Shown here: piece after piece, positions 9,360 through 18,958 of the stretch | Numbering within the stretch: the stretch's first letter is position 1 | Layout of the letters: every line of letters begins with the position of its first letter | Assembly: GCA_964474995.1 (NCBI GenBank) | Contig: CAYYUY010000005.1 | Coordinates: 7,816 to 71,815 of the forward strand | Source: an uncultured Candidatus Saccharibacteria bacterium | GTDB lineage: Bacteria; Patescibacteriota; Saccharimonadia; Saccharimonadales; JALRHH01 | Direction: 5' to 3' | Length of the DNA stretch: 64,000 nt | Program-made: the position numbers and the translations under genes | Notes under the pieces: generated by a model | The model's input: the letters and a program-made list of their open reading frames with translations, nothing else | Told to the model about the DNA's origin: nothing | Databases searched by the model: none

Positions 9360-9430
9360 ACACTACTGAAACGGTAGGAGAATGCTTCAGCAGCTTCAGA
9401 CTGAAGGTTCGACAATAAGGAGTACTACTT
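9360..9430 (+). promoter_or_regulatory. rplK-rplA leader with possible L1 autoregulatory hairpin
   Basis: Hairpin cttcag-cagcttcagac-ctgaag just upstream of the AGGAG RBS of rplK. Assigned only by position analogy to the L11 operon leader; no sequence match checked. Confidence 0.25.
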
Positions 9431-9859
9431 ATGGCAAAAGCTGTAAAAGCTAATTTGAAAATGAAAATCAGGGGTGGACAAGCCAGCGCGGCTCCACCAG
9501 TTGGTTCAAGCCTTGGTCAACACGGTGTCAACATGATGGATTTCATCAATCCATTCAACGAAGCCACCAAAGACCTTATGGGCCAGGATGTGACTGTTCA
9601 CATCACTATTTACGATGACCGCAGCATGGACTGGCGTGTCGTTACGATCCCTACTGATATCCGTATCTTGAACGAGCTCGGTATCAAAAAGGGTTCTGGC
9701 AAGCCAAACAGCGAAAAGATCGCCAAGAAATTGACCGATGCACAGTTGACTAAGATTGCTGAAGAAAAAGCCAAAGACATGAACACCGACAACATTCCAT
9801 CAGTCAAAAAGATGGTTGCTGGTACTGCACGCTCAATGGGCGTCGAAATCGAAGGCTAA
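9431..9859 (+). CDS. rplK: 50S ribosomal protein L11
   Basis: MAKAVKANLKMKIRGGQASAAPPVGSSLGQHGVNMMDFINPFN is the canonical L11 N-terminus; 142 aa. Confidence 0.95.
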   Translation: MAKAVKANLKMKIRGGQASAAPPVGSSLGQHGVNMMDFINPFNEATKDLMGQDVTVHITIYDDRSMDWRVVTIPTDIRILNELGIKKGSGKPNSEKIAKKLTDAQLTKIAEEKAKDMNTDNIPSVKKMVAGTARSMGVEIEG

Positions 9860-9926
9860 AAATACTCTATTAACTAGTTTGTGGAAGGGCGTTTGTCCCG
9901 TTATTACCACGAAGGAGACTACAATC

Positions 9927-10913
9927 ATGGCAAAGACCAAGACAGAGTTACTTGCCGAAGCCAAGACGCTGAAGCTTGAAGTAACTACCAAGAATACTAT
10001 TGCAGAAATCACCGCCGCTATCGAAGCTGCTGGTGCTGCACCTGTTGCAGCAGCTGAAGCTGCAGAGCCAAAGGCAACTGCCAAGGCTGGCAAGCACAGC
10101 GAAAAAGGCATCAAAGAAGCTGAAGAGAAAGCTGCAAAGCTTGCTGCCCAGAAACACCGCGATGAAGCTGAAGCTGCAGAGGCTGAAAAGCCAAAAACAC
10201 CTATCAAGCCAGCTCGCACTCGTCTTGAGCGCAAGAGCAAGGGCTATCAGAAGGCTGCTGAGTCTATCGATAAGACCAAGACTTACAACCTTACTGACGC
10301 TATCAACTTGGCCATCAAGACAAGTCCTGTGAAGTTTGACGCTAGCCTTGAGCTGCACGTCAACCTTGGCATCGACCCACGTCACGCCGACCAAAACCTC
10401 CGCGATACCATCGTTTTGCCAGCTGGTACCGGCAAAACCGTTCGTGTTGCTGTCTTTGCAGACGCTGACGACGCAGCTGCCGCCAAAAAGGCTGGTGCTG
10501 ACATCGCCGCTGGCGAAGAGTTCCTCCAGCAGCTTGAAAAGGGAATCGTTAACTTCGATATCCTTATCGTAACTCCTGCAATGATGGGTAAGCTCGGCAA
10601 ATACGCTCGTTTGCTCGGTCCAAAAGGCCTGATGCCAAACCCAAAGAGCGGAACCGTTACCAATGACGTAACCAAGGCAGTTAGCCAGGCAAAAGCTGGT
10701 CGTCTTGAGTTCCGTGTTGACTCAACTGGTATTGTCCACGTCGCTGCTGGCAAGCTCAGCTTTGGCACTGACAAGCTCGCACAGAACGTACGTGCTGTCT
10801 TTGCAAGCATCAAGAGCAACAAGCCTGCAAGTGTTAAGGGCAACTACGTGAAAGCTATCTACCTTGCAACAACGATGGGTCCATCCATCAAAGTTGACGT
10901 GAGCGAAATCTAG
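9927..10913 (+). CDS. rplA: 50S ribosomal protein L1 with ~100-aa Ala/Lys/Glu-rich N-terminal extension
   Basis: L1 core begins near YNLTDAINLAIKTSPVKFDASLELHVNLGIDPRHADQNLRDTIVLPAGTGKTVRVAVFA. It is preceded by a low-complexity AEAKTLKLEV...AEAEKPKTPIKPAR extension. ATG at 9927 follows a GAAGGAG RBS; the ORF-track start at 9816 overlaps rplK and is rejected. Confidence 0.85.
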   Translation: MAKTKTELLAEAKTLKLEVTTKNTIAEITAAIEAAGAAPVAAAEAAEPKATAKAGKHSEKGIKEAEEKAAKLAAQKHRDEAEAAEAEKPKTPIKPARTRLERKSKGYQKAAESIDKTKTYNLTDAINLAIKTSPVKFDASLELHVNLGIDPRHADQNLRDTIVLPAGTGKTVRVAVFADADDAAAAKKAGADIAAGEEFLQQLEKGIVNFDILIVTPAMMGKLGKYARLLGPKGLMPNPKSGTVTNDVTKAVSQAKAGRLEFRVDSTGIVHVAAGKLSFGTDKLAQNVRAVFASIKSNKPASVKGNYVKAIYLATTMGPSIKVDVSEI

Positions 10914-10943
10914 ATCACGAAAACTCAGTAATGAGCATTAAGC

Positions 10944-10967
10944 GGCCCGGAAACGGGTCGTTTTTTT
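10944..10967 (+). terminator. rho-independent terminator after rplA
   Basis: ggcccg-gaaa-cgggtc hairpin (one G.U pair) followed by TTTTTTT. Confidence 0.55.
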
Positions 10968-11002
10968 GTGCCCACCAAAGTGCTAGTGGTACAATTATTT
11001 AT

Positions 11003-11764
11003 ATGATATTACTCGGTATGACTGGACCAATCGGCCATGGTAAAACGACGTTTGCTGAAGCCCTTCAGAAAATCGAACCAACGGCAGTTCACCTGGAGTC
11101 TAGTTTGATCATTGCAGAGTTAGCCAATGCCTGGCAGGCAACACTCGAAGAACCAATTGATCCGTATGACATCAATGCGCTCAATGATTGGCTTCGTAAG
11201 CTGGCACCTCTCATCGAAAATATGCTACAGACACCGTGTAGCTATGACCAGTTGCGGCTCAATCCCGACCGCGTCGATGAGCACCCCATTGAATATCAGA
11301 AACTGATTCTTCATGTTGAGAATCTTCGTCGCAACTTCGAGCTGGCTCATATACAGATAGGTATTGAAAACAAAGAATCATATCGACCATTATTGCAGTG
11401 GCTTGGCGGCTACCTTGTGGCACATGTCGATAAGGGCATTTGGTATAACGAGATTATTCGTCGCGCCAAACAACACGAGCAAGAGGGCAGCAAACTGTGT
11501 ATCGTTGGTGGACTCCGATTTCCAAATGACGCGGCAATACTACGTACCGCTGGGGCAATTATCATCAAGATTTATCGTCCAGGGCATTTACAAAGTGACA
11601 TGCTCGACCCTACCGAGCGCGAACGTGAAAATATAGTCGTTGATTCCACCGTCATGAGCAATGGCACCATTGAAGATGTTGATCGTTTTGCATCTGTCTT
11701 CTTGCAAGATATCAAAAACGATAATTTGCAGGTACTCTATCAGACCACACGCTACAGTGTGTAG
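11003..11764 (+). CDS. P-loop NTPase, putative (deoxy)nucleotide/nucleoside kinase
   Basis: Walker A GMTGPIGHGKTT immediately after ATG 11003 (MILLGMTGP...). No other family-specific motif recognised. Sits upstream of the dcd/tmk-thyX module. The ORF-track start at 10931 lies inside the rplA terminator and is rejected. Confidence 0.55.
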   Translation: MILLGMTGPIGHGKTTFAEALQKIEPTAVHLESSLIIAELANAWQATLEEPIDPYDINALNDWLRKLAPLIENMLQTPCSYDQLRLNPDRVDEHPIEYQKLILHVENLRRNFELAHIQIGIENKESYRPLLQWLGGYLVAHVDKGIWYNEIIRRAKQHEQEGSKLCIVGGLRFPNDAAILRTAGAIIIKIYRPGHLQSDMLDPTERERENIVVDSTVMSNGTIEDVDRFASVFLQDIKNDNLQVLYQTTRYSV

Positions 11765-11768
11765 CTTA

Positions 11769-13445
11769 CTATTTGACCTTCATAGCGCTCGTAAGAGCTG
11801 ATATGGCACGGCTGAACCCGGGGATGCCCCCACTATAAGCCACGTAGCGATCAGACCAAGATGGGTTATATTTAGCCTTAAAGCGCCGTAACCCACTAAA
11901 TGAATAAAACCTATCACCGTTGGAATAGACGAACTGGAGGGCATTATCAATGACCGTGCGGTCGTCATCGACGTTTTCGAGGCCAGATAATGGGCATAGC
12001 CCCGCATTGAGTCGGCGGATACCTGACTCGTGCAAATTTTTTGCAAAACACATCAACAAGTAATCATTGCTGTTTCCAAGCGCAACTGTCGTACTTCGTA
12101 GTAGATCAAAATTGGCCTCATGTTTGTCGTAGCTGGGAATCTGATTGATAAATGCCTGAATTACGCCATGCTCGTCACGGAGTACCATGACAGGACATTG
12201 TTGCATATATGCCTGGCTGAAGTAGCCCAACATAAAACCTCGTTCCGCACGCCCAGGCAGCGTCAACCAGGCATCAGAAACTTCCTTGAGCCTCGTAATT
12301 ACAGGTGCAGCGTGCGGCGGCTGTAGCAGCTCGGTAGTGTAACCATATTTTGTAAACTTATTGTGTATCTGTCGGAAATATTTACTCCGCGAGCCTGTTT
12401 CGATAAATGCAGCTAGATCGATGACCGCTTCCTCACCAATCTTTTGCAAACTAAAGCCATGGTCTCGATATAACTTCTTGTACCTGCCAGATATATGTAC
12501 AAAGGCTACTTGCCAGTCATTAACTTCACAGAGCTCCACAAATCCGTCGAGTAATCTAGAAAAATCATCCCTACGCCCAAATGGGTCAGCAACAACCAAT
12601 GCCACGCCACGACGAACTTTGTATGCGAGGCCAGCTGACTTGTTATCGGTGAAGTAATAGTGCTTGTCATGTGGCCACAACTTAAAAAACTCCTCGCTAT
12701 CATTGCCGGTTTGGTCAAGCAGCCCCTGAGCAATGTCATGGTTTGCCTTATCGCCGTTATATCGTATCTGTAAGGGCCGAAAGAGTGATATCGCCACATA
12801 CGCCAGTGATGCAACACTCACCACGCTGAGCGAGTCCTGAAACAATTTTGCACGGCGCGTGTATGGTATCAGTTGATCTGCGGTTGTCAGACCTAATTGG
12901 TCGATTGTTCGATGGGCGGCGTCCTCTACACTAATTTCATGATGAAAGTCATGCATATCAAGCAATAAAAAGCCCGACGTACCGTATGCAAATGTGATAA
13001 GCAGCACTAGCACCACCGACCGCAGTGCCACCTTGAAACTCTGAATACCACCACGAACCCTAAATGCCTGTCTACGATATATCAGCGCTATGATCAAAAG
13101 CGCCGGAATAAGCACTCGACGAACAAACAGTGTTTGATCAAACGGCTCGTGCTCAGTCAACATATCAATTGTATTAAAGCAGGCTAGTGCGCTGTAAATT
13201 GCCAATGTAACCCAGTAGGCGGTTTGCTTTCGTCGGCGTAATCTCGTCGAAAGATATATAAGACTCAGGGCTGCGATAAGTGAAAAACTTAAGGTCAGGT
13301 CATTGGTGTGACGTACATGATGTCCAATGAGCCGAATGCCTAGCACATCAATAAATATCACCAACCCGTATAAGAAGACAGTTAACGACAATAACTGCAC
13401 CATGAAGTTAGGCGCGAGAATTCGCTGCGGAGAGGGTATTTTCAT
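11769..13445 (-). CDS. MprF-like aminoacyl-phosphatidylglycerol synthase (lysyl-PG synthase C-terminal domain with short N-terminal membrane anchor)
   Basis: N-terminal ~5 TM helices. C-terminal DUF2156/LPG-synthase hallmarks NQIPSYDKHEANFDLLR and YSFSGLRRFKAKYNPSW. Confidence 0.7.
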   Translation of the reverse strand: MKIPSPQRILAPNFMVQLLSLTVFLYGLVIFIDVLGIRLIGHHVRHTNDLTLSFSLIAALSLIYLSTRLRRRKQTAYWVTLAIYSALACFNTIDMLTEHEPFDQTLFVRRVLIPALLIIALIYRRQAFRVRGGIQSFKVALRSVVLVLLITFAYGTSGFLLLDMHDFHHEISVEDAAHRTIDQLGLTTADQLIPYTRRAKLFQDSLSVVSVASLAYVAISLFRPLQIRYNGDKANHDIAQGLLDQTGNDSEEFFKLWPHDKHYYFTDNKSAGLAYKVRRGVALVVADPFGRRDDFSRLLDGFVELCEVNDWQVAFVHISGRYKKLYRDHGFSLQKIGEEAVIDLAAFIETGSRSKYFRQIHNKFTKYGYTTELLQPPHAAPVITRLKEVSDAWLTLPGRAERGFMLGYFSQAYMQQCPVMVLRDEHGVIQAFINQIPSYDKHEANFDLLRSTTVALGNSNDYLLMCFAKNLHESGIRRLNAGLCPLSGLENVDDDRTVIDNALQFVYSNGDRFYSFSGLRRFKAKYNPSWSDRYVAYSGGIPGFSRAISALTSAMKVK

Positions 13446-13583
13446 TACCCTTATTGTACGCTAGTTTCATATCTGTTAACCACAACAAATTGCCCTGATA
13501 TAGTTGTAATATTTGTGCTTATGCTTGCGTCATGGTTTTGACAAACCGTACAATACATACAAATCGTAATAGAGGGAGCGATC

Positions 13584-14297
13584 GTGGGGGTCTACAGCAA
13601 CATTCAAATTCGCGAAGCGCTAGAGGAAGGGCATATTGTTTGTGTACCTTTTAATGATAAGCACGTTGCACACGCCAGCCTCGACGTAACGCTTGGCTAT
13701 TACTACTACCGAACCGGCCAGTCAAAGCGTGGTTATGTCTACAATCCATTTGATGAGCGTGATGTTCGTCGCTACTTTGGCGAAGCACAGCAAGCAGTGA
13801 TTCACCAAGATTGGGCCAATGCAAACGGTGTCGAACCACTTGCCAATATTCCACTCGATCACCCTGTCATTCCACTTCGTCCTGGTGAGCGCATCCTCGC
13901 GCACACACATGAATTCTTTGGCATCAAGCCACCTGGTGCGTATCAGGTCAAGGCACGTAGTAGCTGGGGCCGTAACGGCGTGGCTGTCTGTTTTGACGCT
14001 GGTTGGGTTGATCCAGGGTATATCAACCGCCTAACACTTGAAATCTACAACCTCAACGAGCATGAGACGGTACTCATACCTGTTGGAGAGCGTATCGCCC
14101 AAGCTGTGTTCCTGACGACAGGTGAAGTCGAAGGCAGCTACGGCAAGGGTCGTGATGGTGGTTTCAGTGGTAAATACCAACAAGGGGACAACCTTGATGA
14201 GATTATCAGTAGATGGACACCTGAAATGTTGCTTCCACGGGCTTACAAAGACGCTCGAACCCTCCCGGAGGAGATCAAAGGTTTAAAAGCACGATGA
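13584..14297 (+). CDS. dcd: dCTP deaminase family protein (Dcd-like, possibly bifunctional dCTP deaminase/dUTPase)
   Basis: GTG start preceded by AGAGGGAG. N-terminus IQIREALEEGHIVCVPFNDKHVAHASLDVTLG matches the Dcd/dUTPase-fold motif. C-terminal YGKGRDGGFSGKYQ matches the Dcd tail. Overlaps the next ORF by 4 nt (operon). Confidence 0.7.
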   Translation: MGVYSNIQIREALEEGHIVCVPFNDKHVAHASLDVTLGYYYYRTGQSKRGYVYNPFDERDVRRYFGEAQQAVIHQDWANANGVEPLANIPLDHPVIPLRPGERILAHTHEFFGIKPPGAYQVKARSSWGRNGVAVCFDAGWVDPGYINRLTLEIYNLNEHETVLIPVGERIAQAVFLTTGEVEGSYGKGRDGGFSGKYQQGDNLDEIISRWTPEMLLPRAYKDARTLPEEIKGLKAR

Positions 14298-16636
14298 GCG
14301 CAAAATCTACGCCTACCAAAGGAGTGTTCCTGGTTATTGAAGGTACTGATGGCTCCGGCAAGGGTACGCAGTTCAAGAAGCTCGTAGAACGGCTGACAAC
14401 TGAAGGCTACGACGTTGCTACCTTTGACTTTCCGCAGTATGAGCAGCCTTCAAGCTACTTTGTCCGCGAATATCTAAATGGCAACTATGGCACGGCAGAA
14501 GAAGTTGGCCCATACACTGGATCACTCTTTTACGCGCTTGATCGCTTCCAGGCTGCCAAAGAAATCCGCGCTGCAATTGATGCTGGAAAAGTTGTCATTG
14601 CCAACCGTTTCACTGGCTCTAACATGGCCCATCAAGGCACCAAGTTCAGTAACGCCGAAGAGCGTCGTGGATATTTCATCTGGCTTGATAATCTCGAGTT
14701 TCAGATGCTCAATATACCACGCCCAGATCGTTCGATTGTGCTCCGAGTTCCAGCTGCTACTGCACAGAAACTTGTTGATCAAAAAGAAACACGTAGCTAT
14801 ACCGATAAAAAGCGCGACATCCACGAAGCTGACCTGAGTCACCTGGAACGAGCAGTTGAAGTCTATGACGATCTCTGCAATCTGTTTCCGAAAGACTTCA
14901 CCCGCATTGATTGCGTTCGTGGTGATAACCTCCTCGATATCGATACTATCCACGACTTGCTCTGGAAGACACTCGAAGCCCATCTACCAGCAAAAGGTAC
15001 TACATCAACCACGACCACTACCAAGCCGGCATTGACCGAAACTGTCGTGCAGCCGTTCGTGAACAAGACTGATTATGGCTACGAGATGACTGCTGAAGGT
15101 GATGCATTTTTGCAGGATGCCGTCACTAGTACCACCGACAACGTCTATGCTTTCACCGACAAACTAAGTCCTATTACTATTGCCGCCGCCATGGCCCGTC
15201 TCAGCCGCCGAGGTGATGATATGCGCATTACAATCCTCGATGAATTTGCCGGTGCAAAAGGCAAAGATGAAAAACTTCTCCAGCGTGTCATTACTGCCTT
15301 TGGTGATGATTCCGTACAACAACTTGTTGGCCAACACGTAGTAATCGAAGGTGCTTCAAATTTGCTGACCAAAAAGCTTGAATGGGGTCGCCTGGCATCA
15401 TATCTTGAGCAATCAACGCGCTACATTTACTTTGATCAAAAAGACAAAGACGGCAAGTATAAATACTACGTGCCTGAATATTTTGACGCCAAGACCAAGC
15501 AAACATATATTACAGGCAACGACCAGATCTTTGACTTGTATTCAGATATGGTTCGCAAGCTGACCAAGCATGTGCGTGATAGCTCTAACACACCAAAAGA
15601 AGAACAAGATATGGCATGGCAAGGTGCGACGCGTGCCCAAGCCTGTGACGCCATTCGTGCTGTACTACCTGTATCTACTAAGTCTACGGTAGGTATTTAT
15701 GCCTCTGGCCAGGCATACGAAAGCCTTATCATGCACCTTCTCAGTGACGAATTGCCCGAAGCCCGCGAAACAGGGCAGAAGCTACTAGAACATGGTCGCA
15801 AGATCATTCCAGCCTTTCTGGAACGTGCCGACAAGCCTGATCGTGGTGGTGCACTGGTAGCCTACCGTGCAAACACGGCAAATGCCGTCAAGAAACTAGC
15901 TGAAGAATTACTACCTGATAACCACGCCTCTGAGACAGAACCAGTTACATTAGTTAACTTCTGGCCTCGTAACGAGCTCGACCTTGTACCAGATATGCTT
16001 TACGAACACAGCAGCCTACCACTCAAAGAGCTCCAATCAGAAACACAGAAATGGTCTATGACACAGAAAGAGCAGGTATTTAACACCTACATGGGCGAAC
16101 GCCTCAACCGTCGCCATCGACCGGGCAGGGCAGTCGAAAAAGCACATTACAGCTGGGATCTCGTCTGTGATTATGGTATTTTCCGTGATTTGCAACGCCA
16201 CCGTATGGTTGATGATCTCAACTGGCAGCTTCTGACACCACGCTATGGCTACGAAGTGCCTGAGCTCGTGGATGAAGCCAATCTGACCGATCAGTTCATT
16301 GAGTGTTTTGACCTTAGTCTCAAACTCTACAGCACCCTGCAACAAGCCGGATATGCACTCGAAGCCCAATATGCAACACTCCTTGGCCACCGTATGCGCT
16401 GGAAAATCACCTACAATGCCCGTGAAGCTTTCCACCTGCACGAACTACGCACCACGCCGCAAGGCCACCCAGGTTACCGTAAACTCGTCAAAGAAATGCA
16501 CGAAAAGCTTGCCGAGGTGCACCCACTCTTTGGTGAAGCCATGCGCTTCGTCAACAAAGGCGAAGATGAGGCACTGACTCGTTTGGCTGCCGAACGCTAC
16601 ACACAGTACAAGCTACAGCAGCTTGATAACAAATAA
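14294..16636 (+). CDS. fusion protein: thymidylate kinase (N-terminal) + tandem ThyX-like flavin-dependent thymidylate synthase domains (C-terminal)
   Basis: Residues ~1-230: FLVIEGTDGSGKGTQ P-loop and DRF motif of Tmk. Middle domain: GDDSVQQLVGQHVVIEGASNLLTKKLEWGRLASYLEQSTRY aligns with the ThyX RHRxxS...S.RY motif, with RHR replaced by WGR. Last domain: FRDLQRHRMVDDLNWQLLTPRY retains RHR, and MRWKITYNAREAFHLHELR matches the ThyX (M)NARE..H(F)..LR motif. Confidence 0.7.
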   Translation: MSAKSTPTKGVFLVIEGTDGSGKGTQFKKLVERLTTEGYDVATFDFPQYEQPSSYFVREYLNGNYGTAEEVGPYTGSLFYALDRFQAAKEIRAAIDAGKVVIANRFTGSNMAHQGTKFSNAEERRGYFIWLDNLEFQMLNIPRPDRSIVLRVPAATAQKLVDQKETRSYTDKKRDIHEADLSHLERAVEVYDDLCNLFPKDFTRIDCVRGDNLLDIDTIHDLLWKTLEAHLPAKGTTSTTTTTKPALTETVVQPFVNKTDYGYEMTAEGDAFLQDAVTSTTDNVYAFTDKLSPITIAAAMARLSRRGDDMRITILDEFAGAKGKDEKLLQRVITAFGDDSVQQLVGQHVVIEGASNLLTKKLEWGRLASYLEQSTRYIYFDQKDKDGKYKYYVPEYFDAKTKQTYITGNDQIFDLYSDMVRKLTKHVRDSSNTPKEEQDMAWQGATRAQACDAIRAVLPVSTKSTVGIYASGQAYESLIMHLLSDELPEARETGQKLLEHGRKIIPAFLERADKPDRGGALVAYRANTANAVKKLAEELLPDNHASETEPVTLVNFWPRNELDLVPDMLYEHSSLPLKELQSETQKWSMTQKEQVFNTYMGERLNRRHRPGRAVEKAHYSWDLVCDYGIFRDLQRHRMVDDLNWQLLTPRYGYEVPELVDEANLTDQFIECFDLSLKLYSTLQQAGYALEAQYATLLGHRMRWKITYNAREAFHLHELRTTPQGHPGYRKLVKEMHEKLAEVHPLFGEAMRFVNKGEDEALTRLAAERYTQYKLQQLDNK

Positions 16637-16642
16637 ATAAAA

Positions 16643-16665
16643 GGCCCTCTCACAAAGAGAGGACC
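16643..16665. terminator. hairpin between convergent genes (possible bidirectional terminator)
   Basis: ggccctctc-acaaa-gagaggacc stem-loop (one mismatch) preceded by A-rich sequence; no clean T-run on the plus strand. Confidence 0.35.
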
Positions 16666-16688
16666 TTACACATTTGCAGCGCTAGATC

Positions 16689-17303
16689 TTACAGGCCGGC
16701 GTGTCGTCGAATGGTTTTGACACCATGCGATATAGCACCAACAGTAAATTCTTGCGTGTTTACAAACAACTCCTTGAGTCCCTTGATCTGCAGAAGCTGC
16801 TCACGGCTAAACAATGGATCTTCTGCTTCGCCTGGATCATTTTGCCATACGTCGTAGTGCACTACTTCTTCATCACCTTCTTTTTCAACAGTACGCTGCG
16901 CAAATAACGTACCGATGGTTTTGTCAGGGAATACTTGTTCAAATCGATAACCAATGGTTTTATCCGGCATCTCAACCTTAGTAATCGCATCGTGGCTTGT
17001 TTCTAGAAATGACCGGCCGACAACGTCCAGTGCTGCATCACATTTTGACCGCTCAGGACGCAACGTTCTAACTCTCACCGCAAGGACATTTGTTTCTGTC
17101 ACATCTTGTTGAGGAGAGATAAGAACACTCAGAAATTCAACAGCCTTCTTAGTCTGTTCTGGATCTCTTATGTGGTTCAATCTCTCCTGAATAAATTCGG
17201 TTGCATAGTCATCGACTGGCATCGCCTGCTGCATGCTTTCAATGTATTGTTGCAAACTCTGTGCCAATTCGGCATCAAGTGCATCTGCTCGCTTCATCAT
17301 CAT
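16689..17303 (-). CDS. hypothetical protein with internal tandem repeat (PDKTIGYRFEQVF / PDKTIGTLFAQ)
   Basis: 204-aa ORF with no recognisable family motif; internal duplication visible in the translation. Confidence 0.45.
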   Translation of the reverse strand: MMMKRADALDAELAQSLQQYIESMQQAMPVDDYATEFIQERLNHIRDPEQTKKAVEFLSVLISPQQDVTETNVLAVRVRTLRPERSKCDAALDVVGRSFLETSHDAITKVEMPDKTIGYRFEQVFPDKTIGTLFAQRTVEKEGDEEVVHYDVWQNDPGEAEDPLFSREQLLQIKGLKELFVNTQEFTVGAISHGVKTIRRHAGL

Positions 17304-17518
17304 TTCAATTCTCTCAAAATTCTTGTGGTAATTGTTTTCTAAAAAAATGGACCCCTGCGTTCAGGAGTCCGGTTCATGTTTCTATCAATTGTTTTCCGTT
17401 AGAACGCGTACTCCACGTGTTGTGCCGCCATGCGAATAAAGCCGTATGGTCGGCAGATGTGCTTAGCAATAATGGTCTGTGTTGTATTCACGGCTATTGA
17501 TTTTACGCCTTATGGCGG

Positions 17519-18400
17519 TTATGTCAAGCTTCGTGTATAGATAGATTCAGTTTTAACAAGGGTGGTAATGAGTTTATTAAGGCGTCCGACACTGCCGTAG
17601 TTGACGGCCGGACAGCCCGTAAACGGACGCTCGAGGTCGGCCATAGTGCGGTTATCGGTCACTGTTGCAAGGGCTAATCTACCAGAGCGAAGAGCGGTGA
17701 GGGTGAATTTGCGAGGATCATAGTGAAGGTGCTCATAATCAATTTGAATTGATGGCTTTACGCCTGTAGTGTCCATGACATTTTTGATAATCATGTCGTT
17801 ACCATGTTTGCTATGCCTGGCAAGCCGCTGGCTAAATGCCGATGTAGAGGGCAGTAAATTATAGCTCGCTTGTAGCTGCTCATCTGTCGACATGTCGGGT
17901 AACGACTCCTTTACAACGAACGGGACGACTTCAAACACCGCTACTGACGTTGCAACACCTTCCTGCAACGCTACTTTAATCATTTCGTGACCGTCATTTA
18001 GATATCGACGATCACGCTTGGCAGGCGTCAGTCGAGGCGGATGTTTACCCCACACCAAATCGGCGTGTGTTTCCATAACACCTCCTATTTGCTGACGATA
18101 TGTTGCATCAGAAGATATGAGCCCAAAATGAGCCTGCGCATAACGGCTTACAATACGCGCCGAGAATTTTTCCCAACCCACAGGAGTGGTAAAATCAAAA
18201 TCCGATGTACTGATCCGATGAGCTGCCACAGAGTCCTCAAAAGCATCAGTCGCTTGCTCAAACAGCTGTGCCGTCATGTCAAACATCTCCTGGAACCGTG
18301 GCCCATGCGCAGGCGCGCCACCATACGCAACATATGATTGCGTTAGTTCAGACGGTTCACACCAGTTTGGTTTTGCGAAGTTTTGCATAAGTTCATACAA
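17519..18400 (-). CDS. hypothetical protein
   Basis: 293-aa ORF; no recognisable motif. Confidence 0.45.
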   Translation of the reverse strand: MYELMQNFAKPNWCEPSELTQSYVAYGGAPAHGPRFQEMFDMTAQLFEQATDAFEDSVAAHRISTSDFDFTTPVGWEKFSARIVSRYAQAHFGLISSDATYRQQIGGVMETHADLVWGKHPPRLTPAKRDRRYLNDGHEMIKVALQEGVATSVAVFEVVPFVVKESLPDMSTDEQLQASYNLLPSTSAFSQRLARHSKHGNDMIIKNVMDTTGVKPSIQIDYEHLHYDPRKFTLTALRSGRLALATVTDNRTMADLERPFTGCPAVNYGSVGRLNKLITTLVKTESIYTRSLT

Positions 18401-18636
18401 TATAATATTGCACTATTTTTGTAAAACATCAGTTGACACGTCTGGAGCCCAAGCGTATAACCAAAGCTATGATTTCAAGCGTGATGCAGCAATTCCAGAT
18501 GATTATTCTACTCAGCCTACAAGGGCTGTGCTTCAACACGGTTGGAGCCTTCCGCTAACGCGGCATAGCACAGTCCAACCCAAATAGGCTCCACCAAACG
18601 GAGTCTATTTTAATTACTACACGAAAGTTACCAGAA

Positions 18637-18954
18637 ATGTCACAACACAAACTACCAGCCAAGCAACGCCCTATACGCCGTAGTATGGAGCACCTCCATG
18701 CGCTCAGATCGAGTCATGAATATTACCAAGGTGATCTCATTGATGAGGCCGCCGAAGCTGCATTCGCAGTTGATGCAGAGATTGCTTCACAAACGCAGCG
18801 CAAGCGAGTTTCTCGTCAACTGCGTAGCGTTATACACCAGAATGTTGCCATGAGCCTTGAAGCTGAACCGGCGGTCGTAGCAGTACCTGATCGTCCGGCA
18901 GTATTTGCCGCTCTTGATAGTGCATTTCAGTCACTTGTAAAGGCGGAAGGATAG
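18637..18954 (+). CDS. hypothetical protein (105 aa)
   Basis: ORF only; 4-nt gap to the next ORF suggests a two-gene operon. Confidence 0.35.
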   Translation: MSQHKLPAKQRPIRRSMEHLHALRSSHEYYQGDLIDEAAEAAFAVDAEIASQTQRKRVSRQLRSVIHQNVAMSLEAEPAVVAVPDRPAVFAALDSAFQSLVKAEG

Positions 18955-18958
18955 CGTC

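Noticed and set aside
9816-9926. Long N-terminal reading of rplA starting at 9816, inside rplK
   Set aside because: It would overlap rplK by 44 nt in a different frame. A GAAGGAG RBS plus ATG at 9927 gives a clean intergenic arrangement.
9833-10843. Several long antisense or alternative-frame ORFs (9833-10240 -, 9948-10394 -, 10000-10332 +, 10336-10572 +, 10382-10843 -), plus similar ones inside rplL (20182-20538 -, 20289-20618 +)
   Set aside because: They lie entirely within confidently assigned ribosomal protein genes. They arise from GCT/GCA/AAG-rich low-complexity coding sequence that is open in multiple frames, and they have no RBS or motif support.
13446-13583. Sigma70-like promoter upstream of dcd (TTGACA at ~13539)
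   Set aside because: The downstream -10 candidates (AAATCG, CGTAAT) are poor or wrongly spaced. Only the RBS plus GTG start is supported.
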